Part shown: positions 1-18,280 of the stretch, piece by piece | Layout of the letters: the number at the start of each line of letters is the position of its first letter | How positions within the stretch are numbered: position 1 is the stretch's first letter | DNA from: Paramecium tetraurelia | Lineage: Eukaryota | DNA: 64,000 bases | Reading direction: 5' to 3' | Assembly (NCBI GenBank): GCA_000165425.1 | Contig: CT868669.1 | Span: forward strand, 248,001 to 312,000 | Made by a program: the position numbers and the translations under genes | Notes under the pieces: model-generated | What the model was told of the DNA's origin: nothing | Seen by the model: the letters and a program-made list of their open reading frames with translations, nothing else | Database searches by the model: none

Positions 1-203
1 TTCATTTCTTTATATTTTCTGACTCTATTTCTTTATTACTAATTTTAAATATTCATTTCCAACTTGGATACTCCTTTTTTGATCTGTCAGTTTATATATT
101 ATTATTTTATTTGTAAAATGTAAATGGTAGAAATGATATTCTAAAACTTTTAATTAAATAACTAATTTAAAAAGACTGATAATATGCATCTATAGATAAA
201 TAA

Positions 204-842
204 TCATTAAACGCTATCTGATCTTTATGAGAATAACTTGTCTACTAATTTATCTTAAGCCTTTTGTTTTAAGAATTATTTCGAATTTGTTTTGCTCATA
301 ATTTTATTATTAATTAGTCCATATGGATCATTTACTTTTATACTACGTTTTCTTTCGCCTTATGCAGATACTACACTACATCTTGAGTTAGTCCTGCTGT
401 CTCTTGTCATATTCACATTCATAGATTTTTCCTTTAAAGGGATTATTAGTTTGTATTTCATAGAATTTGCACTCTATGCGTGCTTCAATTTGTTAGAATT
501 GTTGAATTAGCTAATAATATTGATTATTTTGGAATAGTCCTAATTATTGGCCTATGTCAATTATTTCAAGCTTTTATTGGGTTACTTAATGGACTGACTC
601 ATTTGACTACTGTCTTGAGTTGTAGTTGTTGTATGTGTGTTGCGCCTTTGGGTGATATTGGAGGTTATTTTAATTGGTTGCTTGAGAAACCCCTTAAAGT
701 CATCAAAGTAATAAGATGGCATCGAGATTTCTCTTTTTTTTATTTTTTAAGGCATTCTCAAAGTTCCATTGTTCCCAATATCTGGATTAAAGAACTAAGC
801 TGTTTGTTAAAATTGTGCAAAGCTCTAATCAATACAAGACAT
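204..842 (-). CDS. Hypothetical low-complexity protein, 212 aa, intronless (MSCIDQSFAQFQQTAQFFNPD...)
   Basis: Continuous ATG(842)-to-TGA(204) frame under the ciliate code; no recognisable domain. Confidence 0.7.
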
Positions 843-881
843 TCAAAAAAATGTGATTGTTAAAAATATAAATTACACATC

Positions 882-1567
882 TCAATTATACTATTAAGGC
901 ATTTTATATTCGAAATCACCCAGTTTCTCCCTCCTTATATACCCAACGTATGGCATAACCTCTATCCAGACTTCAAAATTCACTGTTGCATTGCGCAATT
1001 ATTTATGAATATCTTTGAGTGGATATTCGGCTCTTTGATTTTTCAAAAGGAGCTAAGATGCGATTTTACATTACCTTAGATGAAGTACTCCAACTGCTGG
1101 GGTCATCTGGTCTAGAAATGATTTTATCATAAATCACACAATCTGATTCGTACTACAAAGTTGATATAAACTCTTTACTCCTTTCACCTAATGCTCATGA
1201 TGCACATTCACATATAAAAATAATTGCTTCAAATTCCAATTATACACTGGCTCGAAATCTAATGATATTACGTGTATGAAAAACCTGCTTCCAAGGAAAA
1301 TTTAAAGGTCACCTAATCCCAATCGGTTGCTCCACCATTGTAATAAGTTGCCTTGTAATGATGGCTAAACAATATAATCAGTTGATCTGCAATACAATTT
1401 ATCTGCACTCAAAATCTTGAGATCTACTGTTGGCTTTCCAGTCTTAAAGAAATATGCTGTTCCCTAATTGAGCAAAGACAACACGACTTCTCTAGTATGA
1501 CTAATATACCTAAGGTCCACGACGTGAAGAACACGATTTAATTAAAACGAGCTGTAATTGAATACAT
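882..1567 (-). CDS. SPCS3: Signal peptidase complex subunit 3 (SPC22/23)
   Basis: Spliced translation MYSITARFNQIVFF..(TM)..ADFEPVYNWNLKQLFLYV..CVIYDKII..AEYPLKD..EVMPYVG matches SPC22 family motifs; five 22-31 nt GT-AG introns. Confidence 0.9.
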
Positions 1568-1581
1568 TATTTAATTATTTA

Positions 1582-3239
1582 TCAATATTAAGTATTACCC
1601 AACTCTCTTAGTTTTCTAAAATTCTCTAAAGCACGCGATTCCTATTTCTTTTCCTTCTTTAATGTTACTTTAAATGCCAAATCCTTCCTTATCTCTACTT
1701 TAAATGCTAAAGCTGTGATCTTCATTTATTTCAAAGCTTCTCTCAAAACACCATTTACTTTTAAGATTAGCAACTTTAATTACAGCTTTTTAGCCATCTT
1801 TCCATACCTTACCTTTGGATTCAGATGTCTAAATACGGCTCGTTTTAAATATGTCTATCTTTACAATTTTGCCATATTCTTTTATACATACACAACACTC
1901 TTAATGTGCTTGATAGATAACAATTACTAATGGTTTCTCTACAATTGCAGAATGTTTACCATATTAGATATTTTCGATTTTTTCTTTATCTATTACAAAG
2001 CTATCTTGATTAAGTATCTTTAATATAATTTCTTAAAGTAATCCAATTTAAATGTACCAGCTATGCATTATTGATGTATTCTATTTATTTTCCTTTTCAA
2101 TTTCTACTTGAATTCTTAGAAATAATGTTTCTGTAAACTTTTCTTTAGTTATTCCAATCCCTTCAAAAATGGATATTATTTTTTATAATTGTTAAGATAT
2201 TCTTAAGTGCACTCATCAAATTTTGATTAAGTAGACACTGAATAACTAGTAGGTTTAAGTATGCTTTTCTAAATGCTGCCATTGCTTTTGTTAATTAATG
2301 AAAAATTAGATTGTGGGGGTTCTATATATTATTTTACTCTGTCTTCTTAAGGTCTAAATGTAGTGTTTTGAGTCAAAGTACTTTGATAAATGAAATCCAG
2401 GATCCCGAGATTATAAGCCTAATTTAAAGAGAAGGTTGGGAACTATTGCACATCTTCATAAGAAATGAAGGCCTGAAGAATTTCTTATTGGTAATATCCT
2501 TCATCATCTGCAAATTTCTAGAGATCTGTGTTTTAGGATTACATGGCTTGATTAGCAAAGAAAGCATTAATGTTATTATTTTTGAATTAATCTCTTTCGA
2601 ATTTACAGATATGCTTCAAAATAGTATCTGCTATTGATTTTTGAAATTATGGGTTCTGTAATTATTGACTTAAACCTTGTATTTCTTCTTTATTTTCATT
2701 TACTAATAAATCTATTATCATCAAAAGTTTCTATATGTAAGTTATTGATCTATTGTTAAATATAGGAGTTAATTATTTATTGTTAAAATGCACAAAGTAT
2801 GCTAACACAGGAAAACCATAAGTCTGCATCTTAATCTAGTATTCTTAAGTCAGCTGTCTGTTTATTTTGTCATTGTCCAACTATTACAAATTCATAAGAA
2901 TGCACATCAAAGAATAACCATAATTCAAGTTGGCTGTAAATGGATTTCCTGCTACAAACAAGCACTATATTGACTATGGAACATGTTAGAATTCCTTAAT
3001 ACTTTCAATCTGGTTGTTGGACAAATTTAAGTATTGTAGGTTCGTAAATTATTCTAATCCATCTAATTTCACTATTTTGTTTCCTGTGAGATGTAACTTT
3101 GTTCTATTATAATCAGCCAAATCATATACATGTTCTTAAATGTATTAGAATATCCTATTGTTTGAATCCCAAAATCACTCAAAGTTATTGTATCAGATTT
3201 TATGTATTATTATTTCTAGTTGATAATTTCGGATAACAT
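1582..3239 (-). CDS. Leucine-rich-repeat (SDS22-like) protein with long basic C-terminal region
   Basis: ITKLHLTGNKIVKLDGLEQFTNLQYLNLSNNQIESI...LFVAGNPF LRRs; removing one 26-nt intron gives 544 codons. Confidence 0.8.
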
Positions 3240-3326
3240 TTTAATTATTCTTAAAAATAGGAACTATAAATACAAAAAATAATGAACTAAAGAATTTATA
3301 AAGGTAATAAATTAACAAGAATATAA

Positions 3327-4806
3327 TCAAGAAATCTTATGTTAATTATTGGTAAAAGGGTACAAAACTTCCTCATTTAACTCAATTTTAATACCTAAAA
3401 TAAATAAATTTGTTACAATTTTCTTGTATAGAACAGTTACTAATTATAAGAGCAAAGTAGAATTAGAATTTTTGATAATGGATATTAATAATATCCTATC
3501 TAAAGTATCCTTCAAATACTAAATGAACTTTACAATCAAAATCTCTGAATATTTGAGCTTAGATATTCTTTTTACTAGTGTTACCAAAAACAACAAGCAA
3601 GAAAAGATGAAAAACATCTTCTAAAATCATAACTTCACATTGCATGCCATAAGTTTACACAATTATATATCGCTTATATCTATTTGCTATTTTATTGACA
3701 AAATTATTCAGATTAATCTTTTAAATTGACTTCTTTCTTGAATTAATTTTCCCGATCAAATATTTTATTTTTATAAACTAAGATAACTAAAAGAATTTCC
3801 TTTTGTTGTACTACTTATTTGAATCTATGATATTGACTAAGTTCTTGAGTATTTTAAGTATTACTGTAGATTGAGATATGACATCAATGCTAGATTTTGT
3901 TTAATCCTCATTGACTAGAAGAATGATAGGTTTGTCTCCAAAAAAGAGCGAAAAATGAAATTAAATCAATTTCCTTTCATATTTGAGAAGAATTTATTAA
4001 TTAATTACATCTTACTAATTTTTTTTATGTTTATTAATTTATTAAAAAAAGAAATTCTGAATTGGTTGATTATTGCATTTAACCTCGCGAATATATTCTA
4101 AAAATGCTTGCAAAGATGTGCTTTAAGGTAGGATAGTTTACAAGACCTTCTTAATTTTAAACTCTTCTTCATCATAATGCAGCAAAACAAATTTCTTGTT
4201 GTTATGAAATATTTATTAAAATATTTTTTCCCATTTGTTGTCAACTAAAGTTAAAATGAACTGTGATCTTTTGGCTTTATTAAAGTTATATAAGTAATAT
4301 ATCCATACAAAATGAATGGAAGCATTTATTGCCATAACATTAATATTCTTTAATTCTCCATAAGAAACGAAATAATATAATCTCATTGCCAAAGCAACTA
4401 ATGTTCCAAATGCCGCCTCTGGGAATTCACCCATTATACTGTTTAATATATTCGCTGCCATTTGATTCCCACCATTGTAGTTTTACGCAATAATGTCAGT
4501 AAAAACTTCATATTAAAGGACATACAATGTAAATAAAGTGTTTATTGAAATCTGAGCCATTCGTATTTTTTAACTGCTTTCGAATTTTATTAGATTATAA
4601 ATTGTTAGAGTAATTAACATGGCAATATGAGGATATATTTTGTCAATAATACCTTAGTTTATCATCATACTGATTTTAATTACCAATCCAATTGTTACAG
4701 TATAGGAAAATAGTTTAAATTAACTTATTCTTTGTGACATTTAATGATTCTTTTGATAGATGTCTTCAATATTTTGGTTTATAAAAAAGCATGTGTATTT
4801 ATTCAT
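3327..4806 (-). CDS. Multi-pass membrane protein of unknown function (N-terminal TM cluster, soluble C-terminal half)
   Basis: 486 codons after removing a 22-nt intron near the 3' end; several hydrophobic segments in the first ~190 aa. Confidence 0.7.
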
Positions 4807-5067
4807 TTTAATTTAATTAAACAAATAAATATCTAATACCATCCCTTTTTTAAAGGATTTATAATGGATAATTATTGATTCTGTGTGAAAATAGAGTTTT
4901 GGAGAATATTGCTGAAGAAAATTCACATATGTACCAAAATACTTAAATTTTTCAATATTAATGGTTGAAAGGGTTAAATGTTAAATTTATTAAGCAAAAT
5001 TATATCTTTGAAGATTTAAATTTGAGTAAAAATAAAATGATTATTAAAAGCAAAAATAATTTAATAA

Positions 5068-8983
<3,916 letters not shown>

Positions 8984-9366
8984 AAATAAATGCTTTATGT
9001 AAATATACATCATTAGATCATTTATTCAATATATTTATTAGACTAAATAACTATTCCAATAATTTAGGATATTTTATAGAATAACATTTTTAGAAATTAT
9101 ATTTACAGTATTTTTCTCTTTACTTAATTCTCTCCACACTTTATTCTATTTAATTCATAAAATTTTGTTTATTTTTCTCTTCTTATATTTAATTTTAATT
9201 GAACAACTATAAATTGGAATCTTTTTATAAAATTCTTGTTTTGATTCTGATATAAAGATTTTTTGGAAATGAATACATAACTATATGATGTTCTTTAAGA
9301 ATTGATATTAATATAGGATAACTATTAATCTAATACAAAATTATATAAAATATCAATTAATTTATC

Positions 9367-9822
9367 ATGTATAATACTGAGTTTTGGGTAAAATATGTAT
9401 TTAGAGTATTGCACATTGGAAGTGTTACAGCATTAGGAGGTCGTATAATATACGATTATTTATGGCCTGATTAAGGAGAGATAACAAAGTCATAAGCTTT
9501 ATTTGCAGGAATTTCAGGATTCCTAATGATTTTGGCAGGGATCGTAAACATATTTTTGTTGAAGGGAAAAGAAAAATTAAAATCTAAAAATAAGTTTTGG
9601 GCTGGTACCTTGCATCTCAAAGCAATTACGAGTAATAATAATAATTACTATATAATAGCCATAATTATACTAACACCTTTGGCGAAATTTATATCAAGAG
9701 ATCAATAGCTAGTGAAAGCTATATAATTTTATTATGTAGTTGCTATGTTGTTGTTGAGTCCGTTTTTAAGATTCTATCGTGAATGGTGGACTGAGTTAAA
9801 TAGATAAGATAAATTAAGTTGA
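9367..9822 (+). CDS. Small ~4-TM membrane protein (~142 aa)
   Basis: MYNTEFWVKYVFRVLHIGSVTALGG..LFAGISGFLMILAGIVNIFLL..FYYVVAMLLLSPFLRFYRE; one probable 27-nt intron (9632-9658). Confidence 0.75.
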
Positions 9823-10137
9823 AAAAATATTGCATAAGAATATGAAATATATTGATATTTTTAATTATTTTGAAATCAGGGGTATCCATCACATGAAATA
9901 TAATCGAATTAAATTATTTCCTCCTGAACATTTTATATTGATTAAATAATTCGATGGTTTTATTGGGATTATAAACAATTGAAATTTAGCAATATATTAA
10001 CATATTTATGTAAGTTGTTTGATACAATAAGAATTTAGTCATAAAACTGAATTGATATGATTGATTTTTAAATTGTGTTATTAATCCCTTTAAGAGAGTG
10101 AAGTGATCTAAAAAAAGGTTGTTCATTTAATATTATT

Positions 10138-10659
10138 ATGTTACAAAAATCTACAAAGCTAACTCGATGTCAAAGAATAGTTTAGGGTATTAAGGATGAT
10201 ATGTAATCTAAAGTGCAGTAGAAACCACTGACGAGCAGATCGACTCGTCTGAAAAATCTGACTACCGAATCATCTCCTATGATATTGGACTACATACCAT
10301 TGCCGGAGAATCCGAAATTGGATGCGATGATGGACAATATCAAGCGTATATTGGATAAGCACAAGAAACAGCCTTCTGCTTAATAGGAATTAAAAAGCAT
10401 GCTTTCTTCAAATTAAGTGAAACAAATTTATGGAAGTAGAAGACATATGATTGAAGTACGATTTAAAGAGTTCTATAATTCAAGATTGGCAAGTCCTCAA
10501 ATTCACTCGGATGTAGTAGTGGATGTCAGTCCATAACAGGTTGACTTAAAGTCATCTCGTTTGATTCAATATCAAAGAAGGATTGGATTGGTGAAAAAGA
10601 GAGATTTGCTGGAGGAGAGAATATAGGAAATTGGTTAACGATATAGAACAAAATAATGA
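10138..10659 (+). CDS. Hypothetical protein, 173 aa, intronless
   Basis: Continuous ATG-TGA frame of 174 codons with raised GC. Confidence 0.7.
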
Positions 10660-10669
10660 TAATTAATTA

Positions 10670-13026
10670 ATGCCTTATAACATTTATGATTAATAACTAA
10701 GATAATAAGACCGACTGTTAGCCAAGTTCTAAGAACTTTTTAGCAAGCCATCACATTAAACTCATTTCAACAAAAGTGAAGCTCTTCTCATAGCAACTTT
10801 ATTTCTCTTTGAAGGATTGGCTCAAACAACATTAATGCTGCATACTACACTTGTACTGATATATTTGCTAAACATCATTTACTCATCAAATCCTTAATAA
10901 TTGCAAATCTTCACTCTAAAATGGTTTTTATTAAGTAAAATTCTAACATCTAGATTAATTTGGGCATTAGTCTCAGAAATTGCTATTGAATAGTTGAGGC
11001 TAGATTTTGTTTTGTTAAGTTTTTAGATGATCATAATTGTCATCAAATTTAGGTTATCTAACAACAAAATAGCCATATTGGCAGTGACTCTGACATTGTA
11101 CATTGGATTACAACTAATATTGTCATAGAAATTCGATGATATTGGGATACTAAGTTGGATTGGAGGATTAACAACAATGTGGGCAATCTTTAATAATCAA
11201 TTGTAAATTCAGGAAGAATATGATAGGAAGATTAAGGAATTTGATGGAGAAGCTACAAAATTAAAGAGAGAAACAGAGATGTCATATAAAACCATAATAA
11301 TTGAAGATTAATAATAATCTCGTTAAGAAGAATTATTAAAAAAATTGCGATTATTAAAATATTAGAAATTATTGGACAAAACTGAGCATATCTGTTTAGA
11401 AGAGAAGCTCTTGCAGAAATAATTGAGTAATCCTTCCAGAGTCTTAACTGTACGTAATTTGCCTGATGATGACGACGATAAGAGTTCCATCTAAGAAATC
11501 GAAGAAACTCCTAGTAAGAAATCACCAAGCAGAAGACCTTTAAGGTTGAATTCTATTAATGAATCATTATCCTTTGCTCGCACTGTTGGTCATAGTATGA
11601 ATAGGGATGAAATTAAAGAAGATGACGATAACTTTTTAACTTTGGATGACCTAAATGATTTATTAAAAATAGTGAGTGGCAGAAAAGAACATTTGTGGTT
11701 ACCCTCCTATCTGAGAAGCACTAAGAATATTGATTCCAGAGGATCTGAATCTTTTTCACCTGAGGCCAAGAAGTAAATTTAATTTGTAATGTAGTTTCAT
11801 TCTTAATCATTTCACTGAGCACGAATTTAATTTTTAATTATTATAAGGTGAAACCAATATACAAGAGCATCAATATTTCATAGATTCCAATCATAATCAA
11901 ATGAAGGAGTGTTTAAATAACTTTAATTTTGATTTCTTTGAAGTCAATGACCAAAATAAATTTATTAGTTTTAGTTCCTTTATCTTTCAAAAATACAAGT
12001 AATCAATCTTATCTATATGTTAGCATCAATTAGGTACTCAAAATTAAGGAGAAGTCTGTGCAAATTGAGTTCTGTCACAGAATTGAATCATTTTATATGC
12101 AAAACCCATATCACAATTCTATTCATGCTATGGATGTGGCTAACTCAGCATCCTTCTTTTTAGAGAATGGCCTTGAGGTCACTCCATTTGAATAATGTTG
12201 CTTGATTATATCAGCATTATCACATGATGTGGGACATCCTGGATTGAATAACGGCTTTTTGGTTGCTTCTCAATCCAAATAAGCATTAATATGTAAAGAT
12301 GAAACCATTAAGTAGATAATGATCAAAGTGTATTGGAGAGTTATCATGCATCTCTGATGTTTCATGTATTGAAAGATGAAAAGGCTAATATCCTAAAAAA
12401 CATCAATGATGTTGATTATAAAGGATTCAGAAAATACTGTTTAAATCTAATATTGGACACTGACCTACAAAAGCATTTTCCATTATTAAATAAATTCAAG
12501 AACTTTTTAGCTTTAGGTTCAGACAGCCAATCGGATGAGCAAACTAAATTACTCATACTCTCGATAGCAATTAAATGTGCAGGTAAGATGAAAATTAATG
12601 TATAGATGTTGGACATGGAGCAAAATAGTTGAATTTGCATAAGATTTGGAGTCGTAGAATTATTGAGGAGTTCTTTTTGTAAGGGGATTTGGAAGCTTAA
12701 GTTGGTATTCAGGTGACACCTATGTGCGACAGGAGTCAAAGTGTAACCAAGTCTCAAGAAGGCTTTTTAAAGGCTATTGTGTGGCCTTTATTCGATGCCT
12801 TTGGAGAATTCTTGAAAAAGTATAAAGATAATATTTGATTCTTTCTAGTGAGAATTTTAGATAGACTTGTTTAGATTAGATAAGTGTGAATATCTAATAT
12901 TGGCAACAGCAGTAATAGGAAGAGGAGAACAAGGGAAAAGGATACAAGTGTTCGTTCTTTTAAGATACTAATATCATTAGCATTCCAGTATAGAATAAAA
13001 ATATGATGTTTAATTTAAATTGGTGA
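10670..13026 (+). CDS. Class I 3',5'-cyclic nucleotide phosphodiesterase with N-terminal transmembrane segments
   Basis: NPYHNSIHAMDVA, HDVGHPGLNNGF, YNDQSVLESYHAS, LILDTDL, IKCADVGH, EEFFLQGDLE, PMCDR, SQEGF motifs; hydrophobic stretches at ~10780-11190. Confidence 0.92.
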
Positions 13027-13055
13027 TATTATTATTTTATTAATTATTTATATTT

Positions 13056-14356
13056 TCAGATATTGTATTCACATTTAGTTTATGGTAATTTATGTTTAGT
13101 TATCCAAGGATGTTTGAGCATTTATTCAATAGTCAATCTTTTGTTAGGGTCAGATTGAAGACCTCCTTTGACAAAGAAAGTTAATTCTGCTGAAAAGGTG
13201 TGTGGAATCGTTAAACGATGCTAAAGGAATGATAATTAAACTGAATACTTTTAGTATGTTATCCATAATGCCTTTCTGATCTTTATTTCCCAAAAGCACA
13301 AATGGAGTCTACCCATACACCAATTCGTAAGCAAGCACAGCTATTTGCCATGCATCCACTCTAGAATCATAGCCCTTCATCTGAATCACTTCAGGTGCCA
13401 TGAATTCTATTGTACCACAAAAGGTTTATCTTCTGTCTTGATTCGAACAAACACAACCAAAATCCCCAATTTTAATTTGATTGAATGATAACATGATATT
13501 CTCGGTCTTCAGATCTCGATGCATGACTTTGTTGACATGCATATACTAAATGCATTGTAAGATTTAGTTTATATAGTAAGATGCTTTGTTCTAAGTATTG
13601 AAGGCACATTTACTTCTGGGAACTTGTATCCAGGCTGTTTTCTTTGGACTTTAAAGAGTTCGCCCTCATTGCAATATTCCATTAACAAGTACAAATTGTA
13701 TTCGTCAGAGTAGCAATTATACAACTTAACTATATTTGGGTGATTCAGTTTCATTTGCACCTTGATTTCCTGGATCATCTGTTTCTATAACTATTCATCC
13801 TAGATTTTCTCCTTCTTGATCACCTTCAAAGCATAGACTGTACTACTCAATTTGTCGCTTATTTTAAGTTCTGATAATACATGCACAAATGAACATCTGA
13901 AAATTGGCCTCTTCCTAGCAATTTGCCTATTCGAAATTGAGGAATCCCTTCAAATGTTTGGAACCTTGACTTGGGAAACCAAGATTGCACTGTCTTATAT
14001 GTCTATATTCTTGACATTGTCATACAATCCTGAGGGGAAACCTTTTTCAACATCGGTGATGCGATCCTGCTTGTCATATTCACTAATGTTGGTGGTTTGT
14101 GTAATTGTTCCGCTGTTGATTTCGATGAAGTTGATTCTTTACTACCACCGCGAAGTGTTTAATTCACTGAATCCCGCAATCTTAATAAGTTTTATTCGAG
14201 AGTGACTGTTCTAGCAATTAACCCATTCCATTTCGTTTGGGTTTCATGCATCTTTTAAGATACTGACATTTTCAAGTGACTTTACATTTTTTCCTACTTC
14301 TTAGGCTCTGAATTGCCCCTAACTTAGGTTGGCTTTTAGAGATAGAATGATTTCAT
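13056..14356 (-). CDS. Ser/Thr protein kinase, Aurora-like
   Basis: LLGRGQFSDV, YALKVIKK, EIKVQMKLNHPNIVKLY, HRDLKTENI, DFG, TFCGTIEFMAPE. Confidence 0.88.
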
Positions 14357-14823
14357 ATAATAATTTTACGATTATTATTATAATAATTAAATTATTTTGT
14401 ATCATTATTTGATGCTTACAAATATAATCAAATTAATACTCTTATAACCAATTTTCAGCACTATCAATTTGGATTAAATTCAGTATCAACTCAAGGAAGA
14501 AAATTAAATATTAGAACTATAAAACTATTTTATAAGAGTTGATATATAAAGGGTATGTAATTAGAATAGCTTGTTTTAATTCTTCATGGTTCTTTGAGAT
14601 TTTTCATAATTAAACAATAATTACTGTTAACTATTGAGAATTAATTATTTTTTAAAATCTAATTTATTATAACTTTAAGGAATTAAGTAATTACTTAACA
14701 GTATATGATTTTGGGATTATACAAAAGTGTCTTCTTTAGAACCTTCAGCATATATTAAATTCAAAGGGATAATTCAATTCAAAATTATGTTATAGAACAT
14801 AACTAATAATCATATATTAATTA

Positions 14824-15702
14824 TCATACGATGCAACCGTAGATCCATTTTCCTTACAATATAATTTCATCATCTAGCAATAGGGTTCCAACTCCGTGAA
14901 AAGTGTCTTATGAAAATCGGCCAACGAACTTATAGAGCTCTCCTCCACAATTGAATTACATAACACCTTTACCAAAGAATTATCCATTTCTAAATTCCCC
15001 CTCATAAATAGTGAATTAATGTTGAACTAATTAAAATGATTTAAAATTGTTTAAATTAAATTAATCCTCTTAAAAATCTTAATTGATGAACCTTCCTTTA
15101 CCCTCAAAGTGATCTTATAGCCATTCTCCTTAATAAATGATCTTTTAATTAGTGTCTTTAAGTGTTCCATTTCCAGACCTTAGACCATCTTCCCATTCGC
15201 CTTCATAGGTGAACCCATTTTCATACATTTTTCTACCTCTACCATTTTGAATATGTTCAATAAATCTGAAATTCGATTTTTTGAATTTATTAACAGAATG
15301 AGTGGAATTATGAATTCGATTTCGATTAATTGAAATACTTGAACGTCTGTTGGTATCCATATTGGTTGGATTATTATTGTTGATTGAATTTAGACATGAT
15401 TTAATTGATTGCTAACTTGAGAGATTGCTCATATAACAAGACTAAAGGTAAGATTATTAATCTAGATTTTCGAGATTATTTTTTTAGAGTTGAGATCTTA
15501 TTGATATTAATTATGATGTAAATTTTTGAAATTTATCATTTTTCAATTTGTTAATTGAAGATTACGTAAGCATTATTTTTTGATTATTAGTCCTAAAGGG
15601 AGATTCCAAAATACCAAGAGAGTTGACTCTTTTTAAGCGTTAGCTCATAGGTGGATTGGATTCTGCAGTTGTTTTCTGAGTGTCTTTGAAATAACGTTTC
15701 AT
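14824..15702 (-). CDS. MORN-repeat protein
   Basis: GRGRKMYENGFTYEGEWEDGLRSGNG, YQGEWLQDHFEGKG, YEGEFRNGQFFGKG repeats; ends LQGKWIYGCIV*. Confidence 0.85.
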
Positions 15703-15753
15703 AATATCAGTTAAGAAAAATTAATAATAAAATTATATGTATTGATAAATAAT

Positions 15754-17808
15754 TCACTCTTCGACATAGATGTCTTTATTTCCAAAGTCTAAATTACAAT
15801 ATTATCCCATTCCTTTTCCATAATTGAGACAGTTCAATTTGATTTTATCTAAGACAGAGTCATCTTCAATAGTGGCAGGCATCTTATAAATATTTACATA
15901 AATGAATACCTTATATTGCAATCCATTGACAATGGCCTTAAGAGTGCCTCTAAGTACTTTTCCACTTCTAGTTTTAGGCAACTTTTCTACGATAATAGCA
16001 CTTTAGAAACAAGCTAAGGGTCCAATATCATGTCGAATCATAGTAACAAGTTCTTTTTCTAAAATGGATGCTTGAACATCATGTCCCTATTTAATGACAA
16101 TAAGTCCAACAGGGATTTCACCTCTTAAGTCATCCAACTTGGCAACAACTGCAGCTTCAACAATATCCTTGTGTTTAAGAAGAACCTCCTCCATGGCAGC
16201 AGTGCTTAATCTATGTCCAGCTGTATTGATGATGTCATCAATTCTAGTCATGATATGGAGATATCCATCCTAATCAAAGTAGCCAGCATCTCCAGCAGTA
16301 TAATATCCTGGAGTATCAGCGAGATACTTTTGGATGAAGGCTTCGTCATTGTTGTATAGAGTCTGCATGAAACTTGGGGGCATGGGCAATCTGACACAGA
16401 TTCTTCCCATTTAGCCAGTTTCAAGCTCTTTATTTTCATTATCCATGATTTTAATGACAAATCCAGGAGAAGGTTTAGTGGCACTGCCAGGTTTGGAAGG
16501 GAAGGTGTGTAGATCCATGAAATTACAAGAGATGATCCATCCAGTTTCAGTTTGCCAATAATGATCATTAATTAATACACCAGTATTGCTTTGAATCCAA
16601 TTATAGGTAGGGATGTCACATCTCTCTCCAGCCATTGAGATGCTTTTTAAACTAGAAATATTGGATTTTCTGATCCAATCTCCATTGGGATCTTCCTTCC
16701 TCATAGCTCTCAAAGCAGTAGGAGCAGTGTAGAATCCAACCACTTTATGTTTCTCAATTATTCTCCAGATAGCTCCTGGATCTGGAGTCTAGACTGGTTT
16801 GCCTTCATACAAAACAATCGAGCATCCTTATAAGAGTGGACCATAGACAGTGAAAGAATGTCCAGTTACCCATCCTATGTCTGCCATAGAGAAGTACACA
16901 TCGCCTGCTTTCAATCCTAAGATGTGTCTCATTGTCCACAACAATGCAACAACAGTTCCTCCAGTGTCACGTTAGATGCTAGGAGATTAAATTGGATATA
17001 ATTACCCTTTTGGTTATCCAGTGGTACCAGAAGTGTAGAGTATGTAGAGGGGATGAGTGCTTTCCACTTCGACACACTCAACGGGATTGGCAAATTTCAT
17101 AGCTGTGTAGTAATCGAAGTCTCTTCCAATCACCATGCTGCATTATTTGGTTGGTCTTTGGACTATCAAACAAATTGGAGTGTGGTTTGCTAATTAGATT
17201 GCTTCATCGAGCATCACCTTGTAATCCACTATCTTGTTGACTTCTAATCCACATGAGGCAGTTATTATTAAGGTTGGTTTACAGTCTTTGATTCTTCCAC
17301 TTAATTCCAAAGCAGAAAACCCTCCAAAAACCACAGAGTGAATTGCTCCTATTCTTGAACATGCCAGCATTGCGAATACTGCCTCGGGAATCATAGGCAT
17401 ATAGATTATCACTCTATCGCCTTTTGAAACTCCTAGGAACTAGTCGATATGAGAGTTTACCAAATTGACGATAGACGCCGCTCAATCGAGATACATGATC
17501 ATGCAATTCGTTGAATGTGTATTGCAAACTATTGTGAACCATATTGCTTTCCCAATATAAAGCCACTTGATTTCCCCTCTACACCAAATGCTTATCCAAT
17601 GCATTATAACAAAAATTCAATTTCCCATCTCTAAACCATTGATAAAAATAATCATTTATTTTTGTCAAGATTTCCTTTGGCTTCTCTATCCAATCAACGA
17701 ATTCACTTTGTTCACGCCTTAATCTTATTGATTTCTACTTTACCAATAATTGATCCTCTCATCGGCATCACTAGCTCTACTTACTGCTATTTCGTATAAA
17801 TTTTACAT
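15754..17808 (-). CDS. Short-chain acyl-CoA synthetase (ACSS3/propionate-CoA ligase-like)
   Basis: [102 protein letters not shown]. Confidence 0.93.
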
Positions 17809-18280
17809 TTAATAAATTAATTAATGTTTTTTTTTTAATTTACTTTTATAACTTGAATGCTCTCATTCTGAGGGAATTTGAACAGAATATAATAGAATTA
17901 TTAAACTTTCTCAAAGATCGAGCATCTCATCAGAACTCAATATACTTCATCCAATCAACAAATAGGCAATTAATCCTATGCTATCACAAAAAGATCATTA
18001 TTACTATTCATTTATATAGTTTTAGTGATACTCCTTCAAAACATAAGATAAACCCAATAAATAGTTCAAACTATACTATTTCACCACTTGAATTAATTAC
18101 AATACCCTTAATTTTAATAAAGATATTATTTTTAGTAAGATTAAAAAAGCGATATATTGTTTTTTTCTTGATTTAGTCAGATGCATTTATATAAATATCT
18201 AAATATTTCAGATGAATTAATAATGTCAAATAACAAATTTTGTTTTAAATATTAACTATTAGTGATATAAAAATTAATAA

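Noticed and set aside
17853..18176. 107-aa + strand ORF between the ACS and CCP genes
   Set aside because: TTG start, no motifs, AT-rich upstream region of the ACS gene
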